The notes below the pieces were generated by a model. It was not told the origin of the DNA and did not search any database. It saw only the letters and a list, made by a program, of their open reading frames with translations. A stretch of 64,000 bases of DNA from Clostridia bacterium (GTDB lineage Bacteria; Bacillota; Clostridia; UMGS1840), in assembly GCA_017936745.1 (NCBI GenBank), contig JAGBEY010000016.1, forward strand, positions 192 to 64,191. The letters are read 5' to 3'. The position numbers and the translations under genes are program-made. How positions within the stretch are numbered: the first letter of the stretch is position 1; each line of letters starts with the position of its first letter. This document shows, piece by piece, positions 19,872 through 29,921 of this stretch.

Positions 19872-21024
19872 TTATTTATTTCCTTTCGCTTGCTCTTTCA
19901 GATAAGCATTGATGAACTGATCCAGCTCTCCATCCATCACAGCAGTAACATTTCCTGTTTCGGTTAAGGTTCTGTGATCTTTCACCATACTGTAAGGATG
20001 AAACACATAAGAACGAATCTGACTGCCCCAGCCGATATCCAACTGTTCCCCTTTTAAATCGTCAATTTTATCCTTATGTGCCTGCTGCTGCAGCTCCAGA
20101 AGCTTGGCATACAACATTTTCATCGCGGTATCACGGTTTTTGTGCTGACTCCGTTCGTTCTGACAAGACACAACAATTCCCGTGGGAATATGTGTGATAC
20201 GGATGGCGGATTCGGTTTTATTGATATGCTGACCGCCTGCTCCGGATGCACGATAGGTATCCACCTTTAAATCCTCCGGATTGATATCAATTTGAATATC
20301 ATCAGGAAGCTCGGGCATTACTTCTAAGGAGGCAAAAGAGGTATGACGTCTGCCTGAGGAATCGAAAGGCGAAATCCGCACCAGACGGTGCACTCCCTTC
20401 TCGGCTTTTAAGTAGCCATAGGCATTCACACCGCTGACAAGCAGTGTGACACTCTTAATGCCAGCCTCGTCTCCATCTAAATAATCAAGCACTTCCGTTT
20501 TATAGCCTTTCTTTTCTGCCCAACGAAGATACATTCTGTAAAGCATCTGCACCCAGTCCTGTGCCTCAGTTCCGCCTGCACCGGAATGGAGGGAAATAAT
20601 CGCATTATTTCCGTCATATTCTCCCGAAAGGAGAGTTTCCAAAAGCATTTCCTCCAGCTTGGAATTGAGTTCCTTTTCCATAAAAAGAGCTTCCTCCAGC
20701 ATAGATTCCGCTTCCTGTTCATCCTCAGCCAACTCAATCATCGCCAGAATATCTTCATAACTGCTCTCTAAAGCTTGAAAGCTCTGCAATTTATCTTTTA
20801 AATGCTTGAGCTTTTGCAATACCTTTTGAGAATTTTCCAAATCCTCCCAAAAGGTAGGCTCTGAAGATTGACGGTCCAACTTCGAAATTTCGCTTTCTAA
20901 TTTTGCGACATTAAAGTGAATCCCTCAATTCGTTAATTTGTTCTTTGGAATTTGTTAAACGAAGCTTTAATTCTTCAAATTCTAACAAATCTATCACATC
21001 CTTTTTCTGTTGAATTTCATTCAT
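19872..21024 (-). CDS. prfB: Peptide chain release factor 2, requiring a programmed +1 frameshift at 20911-20916
   Basis: The frame-0 leader ...[19 protein letters not shown] ends at TAA (20913-20911). The +1 frame continues [24 protein letters not shown]... with the SPF motif ([14 protein letters not shown]) and GGQ. The start is uncertain: an ATG at 21024, or an in-frame TTG about 12 codons downstream with a better SD. Confidence 0.88.
20910..20926 (-). promoter_or_regulatory. prfB recoding site: SD-like AGGGA, 4 nt, then CTT TAA T
   Basis: The minus strand reads TTG AGG GAT TCA CTT TAA TGT. It is collinear with the E. coli AGGGGG-TAT-CTT-TGA-C site, but the stop is TAA and the next base is T. 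Confidence 0.8.
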
Positions 21025-21028
21025 TCTG

Positions 21029-23767
21029 TTACGGTCTGCAGCATTTTTTATATTTTTTTCCGCTTCCGCAGGGACATGGGTCATTCGGACCAACTTTTTC
21101 GCCGGAACGAACCGGTGTTTTTTTCACACTTCCATCTCCGTGCGTTGCCATCTGAGGCATTGCCACCTGACGGCGTTCTACCTGCTTCTGGACTGATACA
21201 TTAAGCACTGTTTTTGCGGTTTCGTCAGAAATGCTCTGAATCATCGCTTCAAACATATCATAGCCCTCGAATTTATATTCCATAACCGGGTCATGCTGAC
21301 CGTAAGCACGCAGATTGATGCCGTTTTTCAACTGGTCCATATCATCAATATGGTCCATCCAATGGCTGTCAACCACACGGAGCAGAACTACCCGTTCCAC
21401 TTCACGAATCGCATCTCCCAGCTCTTCCTCTTTGGCTTCATATTTTTCCAGTGCCATATCGGTAATAATATTCAACAGGCGGTCTTTTGTAACCTCCTCC
21501 AAATCCAGTTCCTCAGCGGAAAACGGATTTTCAGGAGTGGTATAGTACGCATTCACGGCATCGGCTAATCCTTTTAAGTTCCAATCATCGGGATACTCAC
21601 TGCCGCCACAATACTGTTCTACAGTTGAAGAAACGCTGTCGCGAATCATTTTTAAAATGGTATCACGAATGCTTTCTCCGTTTAACACCTGCTGACGCTG
21701 AGAATAAATAATTTCTCTTTGCTGATTCATAACATCGTCAAACTGAAGCACATGTTTACGGATGCCGAAGTTTCTGCCCTCAACCCGCTTTTGTGCACTT
21801 TCAATGGCCTTGGTGAGCATATTATGCTCAATCGGTTCATCCTCCGAAAGCCCTAAGGTATCCACCACGGCACGAACCCGTTCAGAACCGAACAGCTTCA
21901 TCAGCTCATCCTCTAAAGAAAGGAAAAACTTGGTGTAGCCCGGGTCACCCTGACGGCCTGCACGACCACGGAGCTGATTGTCAATTCGTCTGGATTCGTG
22001 ACGCTCTGTACCGATGATACACAAACCGCCTGCATTAACAACTGCTTCTTTTTCTTCCTTTAATTCTTCCGAATATTTTTTGAGAGCCGCGGTATATTCT
22101 TCTCTTGCTTTTAAAATTTCCTCATTATCAGTATGGGCAAAGCCGGTTGCCTCGGAAATAATGCGTTCCTCATAGCCTGCTTTTACCAAATCGGTTCTTG
22201 CTAAATATTCCGCATTTCCGCCCAGCATAATGTCAGTACCACGCCCTGCCATATTGGTGGCGATGGTAACTGCATTCTTTTTCCCTGCCTGAGCGATAAT
22301 CAGCGCTTCTTTATCGTGATTCTTTGCATTCAACACCTCGTGTTTTACGCCACGGCGTTTTAACAAAGAGGATAACGCTTCGGATTTTTCAATAGAAACC
22401 GTACCCACCAAAATAGGCTGACCGGTGGCATGGCGTTTTACAATTTCTTCAATGACTGCTTTGTACTTTCCTGCCTCGGTTTTATATACGGAGTCTGCCG
22501 CATCTTCTCTTAAGAGCGGTTTATTGGTGGGAATTTCAATACAGTCTAATTTATAAATTTCCTGAAATTCTTCTTCCTCGGTTTTAGCAGTACCGGTCAT
22601 ACCGGAAAGCTTTTCATAAAGACGGAAATAATTTTGGAAGGTGATGGTTGCCAGTGTTTTAGATTCCCGTTCCACTGTTACCCCTTCTTTTGCTTCAATC
22701 GCCTGATGAAGTCCTTCGGAATATCTTCTTCCGAACATCAAACGGCCGGTAAACTCGTCAACAATAATTATTTCGCCGTCTTTTACCACATAATCGCGGT
22801 CTACTCTCATTAAACCGTTCGCACGAAGCGCCTGATTGATGTGATGAACCAGAGTTAAGTTATCCGGGTCGGATAAATTTTCTACATTGAAATGCTGTTC
22901 CGCTTTCCAGACACCCTGTGCGGTAAGGTTGGCAGTTTTTGCTTTTTCATCAACGATATAATCGGCATCGCCCTCGTCTATATGAACTTTGGTGTCCTCA
23001 TCAATAATCGTTTTTCGTTTCAATCCTTTAACGAAACGGTCAGCATACTGATAAATATCGGTGGATTTATCTCCCGCACCGGAAATAATCAGCGGCGTTC
23101 TCGCCTCGTCAATCAGGATACTGTCCACCTCGTCCACAATGGCAAAATAGTGACCTCTTTGCACCATCTGCTCCTTGTAGATTACCATATTGTCTCGAAG
23201 ATAGTCAAAACCAAATTCGTTATTGGTACCATAGGTAATGTCACAAGCATAGGATTTGTGACGGTCTTTTGGGTCAACGGCGTGAATGACAAGCCCAACA
23301 GTTAATCCTAAAAACTGGTATACCTTTCCCATCCATTCACTGTCACGTTTTGCCAGATAATCGTTTACGGTAACAATATGAACGCCCCGTTTCGTCAATG
23401 CATTCAAATATGCAGGCAAGGTGGCAACCAGGGTTTTTCCTTCCCCGGTTTTCATTTCTGCAATTCTGCCCTGATGAAGCACAATACCACCGATAATCTG
23501 CACAGGATAATGCTTTAATCCAATCACACGCCAGGATGCTTCACGAACGGTTGCAAAAGCTTCGGGCAGAATATCATCCAAGGTTTCTCCCGCTTGCAGT
23601 CTGGAAATAAATTCAGGCGTTTTTGCTTTCAACTGGTCATCGGTCAATTTGCTGTACTGTTCATCGTAAGAAAGCACCTTCTCCACCAGGGGACGAATGC
23701 GTTTAATCTCCCGCTCGGAGTAAGAGCCGATGATTTTTTCTATCAAAGCTGTAAACATAAAAATCAC
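21029..23767 (-). CDS. secA: Preprotein translocase ATPase
   Basis: [20 protein letters not shown] Walker A. DEAD-like [20 protein letters not shown]-terminal zinc finger [13 protein letters not shown]. Confidence 0.95.
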   Translation of the reverse strand: MIFMFTALIEKIIGSYSEREIKRIRPLVEKVLSYDEQYSKLTDDQLKAKTPEFISRLQAGETLDDILPEAFATVREASWRVIGLKHYPVQIIGGIVLHQGRIAEMKTGEGKTLVATLPAYLNALTKRGVHIVTVNDYLAKRDSEWMGKVYQFLGLTVGLVIHAVDPKDRHKSYACDITYGTNNEFGFDYLRDNMVIYKEQMVQRGHYFAIVDEVDSILIDEARTPLIISGAGDKSTDIYQYADRFVKGLKRKTIIDEDTKVHIDEGDADYIVDEKAKTANLTAQGVWKAEQHFNVENLSDPDNLTLVHHINQALRANGLMRVDRDYVVKDGEIIIVDEFTGRLMFGRRYSEGLHQAIEAKEGVTVERESKTLATITFQNYFRLYEKLSGMTGTAKTEEEEFQEIYKLDCIEIPTNKPLLREDAADSVYKTEAGKYKAVIEEIVKRHATGQPILVGTVSIEKSEALSSLLKRRGVKHEVLNAKNHDKEALIIAQAGKKNAVTIATNMAGRGTDIMLGGNAEYLARTDLVKAGYEERIISEATGFAHTDNEEILKAREEYTAALKKYSEELKEEKEAVVNAGGLCIIGTERHESRRIDNQLRGRAGRQGDPGYTKFFLSLEDELMKLFGSERVRAVVDTLGLSEDEPIEHNMLTKAIESAQKRVEGRNFGIRKHVLQFDDVMNQQREIIYSQRQQVLNGESIRDTILKMIRDSVSSTVEQYCGGSEYPDDWNLKGLADAVNAYYTTPENPFSAEELDLEEVTKDRLLNIITDMALEKYEAKEEELGDAIREVERVVLLRVVDSHWMDHIDDMDQLKNGINLRAYGQHDPVMEYKFEGYDMFEAMIQSISDETAKTVLNVSVQKQVERRQVAMPQMATHGDGSVKKTPVRSGEKVGPNDPCPCGSGKKYKKCCRP

Positions 23768-23876
23768 ATCTTTCTGTTATATTTTTTCTTTTGAGCAAGG
23801 CTCAAAATCGGAATCCGCACAATATCTTAACAAGTATACCATATTTTTTCCAATTCTGCAATAGAATTTATCAAAA

Positions 23877-25142
23877 TTATATGTAATTTTTGTGTATTTT
23901 CAAGGAATTTTCTTTAGAGTCTTTTTTCTCCTCTGTTCCAATTTCACAAAGAAGCTCTAAAAACCTTTCCTCCGTAATCCGATTCACATTGTAAATCACC
24001 GTAATTCCCATATCCGATGCCCTATCCAGAAAGCTTTTACGTTTGGTGGGAGAATTGCTTAGCTCTGCAGTAATCAGCACTTTTTTTGCATATTCCCCGC
24101 CATAATGCTCCGCTACGGTATGAAGCTCATACAAGGCCTCTTTCAGCACCTCACCGTGTTTACAGGAAATAAATATCGGAATGGCATTTTTCGTTACCAT
24201 CAAATCAATTTCATTTCTCGTTCCGCTGTAGCAGCGAGGAATCATTTTGCCATCCCAATCTGCAAGCACTCCCATCCGCATATCTCCAAATAAGCCGGGA
24301 TGTGCCTTAGACAGCTCGTTTAACAGCATATAGCTGTAGATTTCCAATATATTCCCTGCTTTGGACATACACTGATGCACCTGCTCGTTTTTATATTGGA
24401 AAAACAGCTTCCCGTTTTCTTCCTTGTACCCCAGAATCAACCCGGCATCGGAAAGCTGGTCAAAATAATTATAGTCAGTCAGTTTTTTATATTGTGTTTC
24501 TGAAATTCCCGAAAGATCTGCATACACTTTTAATTCCGGTGTCACCCGTGCGCAGTTTAAAAGCCCCTCCAAGGCAATGGCAAACTGATTCCAAAGCTTT
24601 GGCTTCTGTTTACTGATTGCAAACAGACTACGGATTTCCTTACAGAACGAGGGAGTCAGTTGTTGAGGTGAGAGATAATTTTGGGGAGAAATCACTTCCC
24701 CTCCGTTTAACACCACACTCTGACGGACCGTGATGATTGCCGGCGTGGGAATGGGGATATGCTGTGCATTTTTTATACGAAGCATCTTCCCGGTAGACAC
24801 ATCAAACCGAATCAGGGGAAGATTATGACAATACGCCGCTTCTCCCAATACCGTAAGCACCATTTCTCTGCCTCCGGTAATATCAATGCAGACATCCTGA
24901 TTCATAGATAAAACCCGTTCCATCTTTGTTAAGATGTCACTGTAGGAGTCAATTTTTACGGAAATGTATTCCAATTTTACTGTTTGCTTTCTCATACGAA
25001 AAAAACGGTCCAGTGCATCCCTCCGGTCCTGATTCATCACTTCCGCGTCTCCCAGAAATATAATTTTTTCCGGCAGACAGCTGATTCCTGCAATCACATT
25101 GGTCAGCTGACAGGTATCAAATAATTCCACTAATGTTTTCAT
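23877..25142 (-). CDS. Card1/Can2-like protein: N-terminal CARF-like domain plus C-terminal PD-(D/E)xK nuclease (DUF1887 type)
   Basis: The N-terminal Rossmann-like part has the IDITGG motif. The C-terminal part reads KAGNILEIYSYMLL ... NEIDLMVTKNAIPIFISCKHG, an E/D...xK restriction-endonuclease-fold pattern. Start set at ATG 25142 after GGAGAAG. Confidence 0.6.
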   Translation of the reverse strand: MKTLVELFDTCQLTNVIAGISCLPEKIIFLGDAEVMNQDRRDALDRFFRMRKQTVKLEYISVKIDSYSDILTKMERVLSMNQDVCIDITGGREMVLTVLGEAAYCHNLPLIRFDVSTGKMLRIKNAQHIPIPTPAIITVRQSVVLNGGEVISPQNYLSPQQLTPSFCKEIRSLFAISKQKPKLWNQFAIALEGLLNCARVTPELKVYADLSGISETQYKKLTDYNYFDQLSDAGLILGYKEENGKLFFQYKNEQVHQCMSKAGNILEIYSYMLLNELSKAHPGLFGDMRMGVLADWDGKMIPRCYSGTRNEIDLMVTKNAIPIFISCKHGEVLKEALYELHTVAEHYGGEYAKKVLITAELSNSPTKRKSFLDRASDMGITVIYNVNRITEERFLELLCEIGTEEKKDSKENSLKIHKNYI

Positions 25143-25193
25143 ATTCTTCTCCAAAATTGATTTCCTTTTCAATCACATATTTTATTTCCAAAA

Positions 25194-25234
25194 TACGACA
25201 TTTTTATTATATAATAAATCAGAAAAAAGTGCAA
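25194..25234 (-). promoter_or_regulatory. Candidate promoter of the Card1-like gene, with a 6/7 0A-like box at the start site
   Basis: The minus strand reads TTGCAC (25234-25229), 17 nt, TATAAT (25211-25206), then AAAAA and TGTCGTA (25200-25194; TGTCGAA is the Spo0A box consensus). Confidence 0.4.
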
Positions 25235-25367
25235 TAGTTGTAATGCAAATGTCAAATGAAAAAGACAAAAAGACTGCACACTTTGATTGTGATACAGCCT
25301 TTTTGCCTTGGGAAAAGAATTATATAGAATGGATACAGGCATTGCTATGGGGATGTTCCCCGCTTTG

Positions 25368-26168
25368 TTATGCAGATAACCGAAGCAGAATATTATCGGC
25401 TATCATAGCTAAAAATTCCGAATTGGTGGGCTTTCCTCTGGAGGAAAGAACGGTGCATCCAAACACCTTGGCAATATTATCAGCATCGCCTCTGGTCCAC
25501 GCCACTTCAATGGCATGACGGATGGCACGTTCCACCCGGCTGGGCTTGGAATCAAATTCCTTGGCAGTCATCGGATATAGCTCTTTGGTTACACTGTGAA
25601 GCAGTTTTCTGTTTTCCAGCACCCGTAAAATTGCATAGCGGAGATATTCATAGCCTTTGATATGTGCCGGCATACCCAGCTCGTGAAAAATATTGGTAAC
25701 CATCTGCTCCAGCATAGGATTTTCCTTGGAGGTTGCAATATTGGCAATTTTACCATTCGTATTCAGCTCGTTGTTGAGCTTATTTTCTTGCTTTCCGCTT
25801 TCCGAAACTGCTTTAATCTGCAAAATGGTAGACGGGATATCAAAGGGCTTCATCACAAAATAATCGGCTCCCATTTCCACCACTAATTTTTCGATGGCGG
25901 GAATTTTAATATCCATCATAAACACGATGGTCATATCCTCCCGAAGCAGTGCTTCCTTTTGCATACTGTCTAACAGCCAGATGCCGTCACCGTTTGGCAT
26001 TGCAATATCGGTAAGCACAATGTCCGGCTGATGGGAACGGATTAACTCCAGTGCTTCCTTGCCCTCTTTCGCCTGATACACTTCGCCAAAGTAGCTGTCT
26101 GCAGCCAGGCAGGTTTCCAGTTCTTCCAATAAGGTTTCGTTATCTTCTATCACTATAATCTTTTTCAT
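25368..26168 (-). CDS. spo0A: Sporulation master response regulator Spo0A
   Basis: A receiver domain (DIVLTDIAMPNGDG) plus the diagnostic Spo0A C-terminal domain: PAHIKGYEYLRYAI, SRVERAIRHAIEVAWTRG and GKPTNSEFLAMIAD. Confidence 0.93.
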   Translation of the reverse strand: MKKIIVIEDNETLLEELETCLAADSYFGEVYQAKEGKEALELIRSHQPDIVLTDIAMPNGDGIWLLDSMQKEALLREDMTIVFMMDIKIPAIEKLVVEMGADYFVMKPFDIPSTILQIKAVSESGKQENKLNNELNTNGKIANIATSKENPMLEQMVTNIFHELGMPAHIKGYEYLRYAILRVLENRKLLHSVTKELYPMTAKEFDSKPSRVERAIRHAIEVAWTRGDADNIAKVFGCTVLSSRGKPTNSEFLAMIADNILLRLSA

Positions 26169-26355
26169 AAGGTTCTCCCTGCTCTTTTCTCTTTAATGTT
26201 TTTTTGGAAAAGAATGAGCTTGCGCCGGCTCCTTCTTTTTTAAGATTTTTTGTGATATGCATATTCAAAAAAAGATTCTTTTCATCTTCTGGGCATAATA
26301 TATCACATAATTTTCAAAAAATCAAGCTATTTTTGGAAAAATTTTCCAATTTTTA

Positions 26356-26379
26356 CACGACATTCTTCGACATCCGACA
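26356..26379 (-). promoter_or_regulatory. Cluster of three 0A-type boxes upstream of spo0A
   Basis: The plus strand reads cACGACAttcTTCGACAtcCGACA. There is one perfect TGTCGAA on the gene strand (26372-26366), flanked by TGTCGTG and TGTCGGA, about 190-210 bp upstream of the start codon. Confidence 0.55.
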
Positions 26380-26461
26380 AACACCAATAAAAACCACCAA
26401 AAAGCAACACAGAACGCTGTCAAAAAAAGGGAGAAAACGGGCGATTTTGTCCCGATTCGCA

Positions 26462-26494
26462 AAAACAAAAAAACGCAGAATTTTTTCTGCGTTT
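26462..26494 (-). terminator. gdhA terminator
   Basis: aaacgcagaa / ttctgcgttt stem. On the minus strand a T-run follows it. Confidence 0.75.
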
Positions 26495-26523
26495 CTTGTA
26501 TTTTTTATGTAGAAGAAATGATA

Positions 26524-27885
<1,362 letters not shown>

Positions 27886-27920
27886 TCACATTTATCACAT
27901 AATTTTTTAACTGAATTTAG

Positions 27921-27958
27921 CTGTAAATCATGAGGTGCGACCACACCTCGACTTACAG
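27921..27958 (-). other. 5'-proximal stem-loop in the gdhA leader
   Basis: The minus strand reads CTGTAA-gtc-GAGGTG-tggtcg-CACCTC-atgat-TTACAG. It starts about 7 nt after the -10 element. Confidence 0.5.
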
Positions 27959-27964
27959 AAAATC

Positions 27965-27993
27965 ATTATACACCATCTTTCTCTTTTTTGCAA
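27965..27993 (-). promoter_or_regulatory. gdhA sigma-A-type promoter
   Basis: The minus strand reads TTGCAA (27993-27988), 17 nt, then TATAAT (27970-27965). Confidence 0.7.
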
Positions 27994-28101
27994 GTTTTTT
28001 CAAGAAAAATTTCATATTTTTTCAAATTTCTTACAATTTATTAAAAAAACAGGGAAAATTTGGGTGAGGATTGTGAAAATGTTTCATATTTTAATAAAAC
28101 G

Positions 28102-29796
28102 CTATCGTTTCAGCTGCAAGGTTTTCCGAAGCAGATGTGCCATTTCGCCACGGGATAAATACTGTTCGGGACGAAAGGTATTGTCGGGATAGCCGGTTAA
28201 GAGTCCGCTTCCGATGAGTGCGGTGATTTCATTGTAAGACCAGCGGTCCTGTGAAACATCAGGAAAAGAAACCGCTTTCTCTCCCGTATATTCATATTGC
28301 AGAATCCGTTGTAATATCACTGCAATTTCTTCCCGGGTAACGGCACGGTTTGGCTGAAAGGTTCCATCCGGATATCCTTTTAAAACGCCAAAATCTGCCG
28401 CAAGACGGATTTCTTTTTCTGCCCAGTGTCCGAAAATATCGGAAAATTCCGCCTTTGGTGATGGCTCGTTCAAGTCAAGATATCGGCATAAAATAGCTGC
28501 CGCCTGCCCTCGTGTCAAGCCGTCAGACGGACTGAAGGTATGTTGAGAGGTTCCCTCCATCCATCCTTTCTGATTTGTAACTATAATATCATCCTTTGCA
28601 AAATGAGAAAAGGTATCGGAAAAATATTTTCCGTTGAGCCACAAGCTGTAATAGTCCCACACGTCACGGGTTTCCTGACCCACACTCCAGCTGCCCGCCC
28701 CTTTTAAGCCGTATTTATCCACCAAGCTCAGTTTATATTTCAGGGTATCGCTGTTATCATACCACACAGTATATTTCCCCGGCTTCAGCTTTTGTCCGTT
28801 GACGGTAACGGAATGATTATTCCCTACCGTAAGCCGTGCTGTCACACTTTTGGAAGTCCCGTCAATTTTAGAAATTCCACCCGTTTTTTGCAAAGCGGAT
28901 TTAATTTGCTTATTGGTAATACCAACACCACGGATACTGCCGTCATCACTCCAGATACGACCAAAAAACGGAACACCAAGCACAATTTTTTCTTTGGGGA
29001 CATACCTTAAAGCATATTGAATGGACTTTTCCACAAAGGAAACGCTGGCTACCGGTCCGACTTCCCCACCGTTATAATGCTCGTCATACGCCATAATAAA
29101 AATATGGTCTGCAACCTTGCCCAACGCCTCGTAGTCATAAGAACCGTGCCAGCCTAAATTCCATCCATTCGGATTGGCAGCAACAGCTACAGAGACCTCC
29201 TTATGCTTCGGAATTTTTTCACGCAGGAGCCGTACCAGCTTCGTATATGCATCCCGGTATTCGTGAGTGACATTTTCGATATCCACATTGACCCCGTCCA
29301 GATTATATGTGTCGATAGCAACAGCAATATCCTGTGCCAGTGTTTCTACATTCTGCATTGCTTTATTTCCTACGGCTCTATCCCAGTGATTGCTTAAAAA
29401 TGGTACAATTTTCACGTTTTTTCGATGCATCGCATCCACATACCCCGGACTGATTTCCTCCAGCTGCAAATTGCCCTCTCTTGTCAGGTTGAAATAGCTT
29501 GGCGATAGCACCGAGAACCCTCCATTGGACATTGCCACATATTCCAATTGCTTATCAAAGCTCCCGTAAGACAGATAGGTCATAGAATAACGGGAATTTG
29601 CATCTGTCAGCTTTGAAAAAGGAATACTCACGGAAAGTATTCCTGTCAGAAGCAGTGTTACCATTCGGATATTCACGGGCTTTCCGAACAATTCCAACGA
29701 AAATTCCACATCAGACGATTCAACACCGTACCGGGGCAAAATCAAAACATCATAAGTATCCCGGGAAATGGGTTCCAGTTTGAATTGATAATACAT
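28102..29796 (-). CDS. GH18 (chitinase-like, YaaH/SleL-like) glycoside hydrolase with three C-terminal SLH domains
   Basis: GH18 catalytic motif DGVNVDIENV. Three C-terminal SLH repeats (e.g. FSDIFGHWAEKEIRLAADFGVLKGYPDGTFQPNRAVTREEIAVIL). An internal TM helix lies near residue 45. ATG 29796 follows AAAGGAG. Confidence 0.85.
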   Translation of the reverse strand: MYYQFKLEPISRDTYDVLILPRYGVESSDVEFSLELFGKPVNIRMVTLLLTGILSVSIPFSKLTDANSRYSMTYLSYGSFDKQLEYVAMSNGGFSVLSPSYFNLTREGNLQLEEISPGYVDAMHRKNVKIVPFLSNHWDRAVGNKAMQNVETLAQDIAVAIDTYNLDGVNVDIENVTHEYRDAYTKLVRLLREKIPKHKEVSVAVAANPNGWNLGWHGSYDYEALGKVADHIFIMAYDEHYNGGEVGPVASVSFVEKSIQYALRYVPKEKIVLGVPFFGRIWSDDGSIRGVGITNKQIKSALQKTGGISKIDGTSKSVTARLTVGNNHSVTVNGQKLKPGKYTVWYDNSDTLKYKLSLVDKYGLKGAGSWSVGQETRDVWDYYSLWLNGKYFSDTFSHFAKDDIIVTNQKGWMEGTSQHTFSPSDGLTRGQAAAILCRYLDLNEPSPKAEFSDIFGHWAEKEIRLAADFGVLKGYPDGTFQPNRAVTREEIAVILQRILQYEYTGEKAVSFPDVSQDRWSYNEITALIGSGLLTGYPDNTFRPEQYLSRGEMAHLLRKTLQLKR

Positions 29797-29921
29797 ATTG
29801 TTTCTCCTTTTCATACATTTATATATAATATTCCCAAAATGTATTGCTATTTTGCACATAATATGTTAAAATGAAATTTAATGGCTTTGTAAGCTATCCA
29901 TCAAACAGAAAGGAAGAACCA

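Noticed and set aside
23789-23808. Hairpin ttttgagc-aag-gctcaaaa between the Card1-like gene and secA as a terminator.
   Set aside because: No T-run follows the stem on the minus strand; the downstream sequence there is A-rich. It cannot be called a rho-independent terminator, though it might be a processing or attenuator structure in the secA leader.
28008-28095. Two TTTCATATTTT words (28011 and 28083) resembling the array-A repeat word, as a possible third array.
   Set aside because: There are only two copies 72 bp apart, with no inverted set and no hairpin spacers. They lie in the AT-rich gdhA upstream region, where such words are expected by composition.
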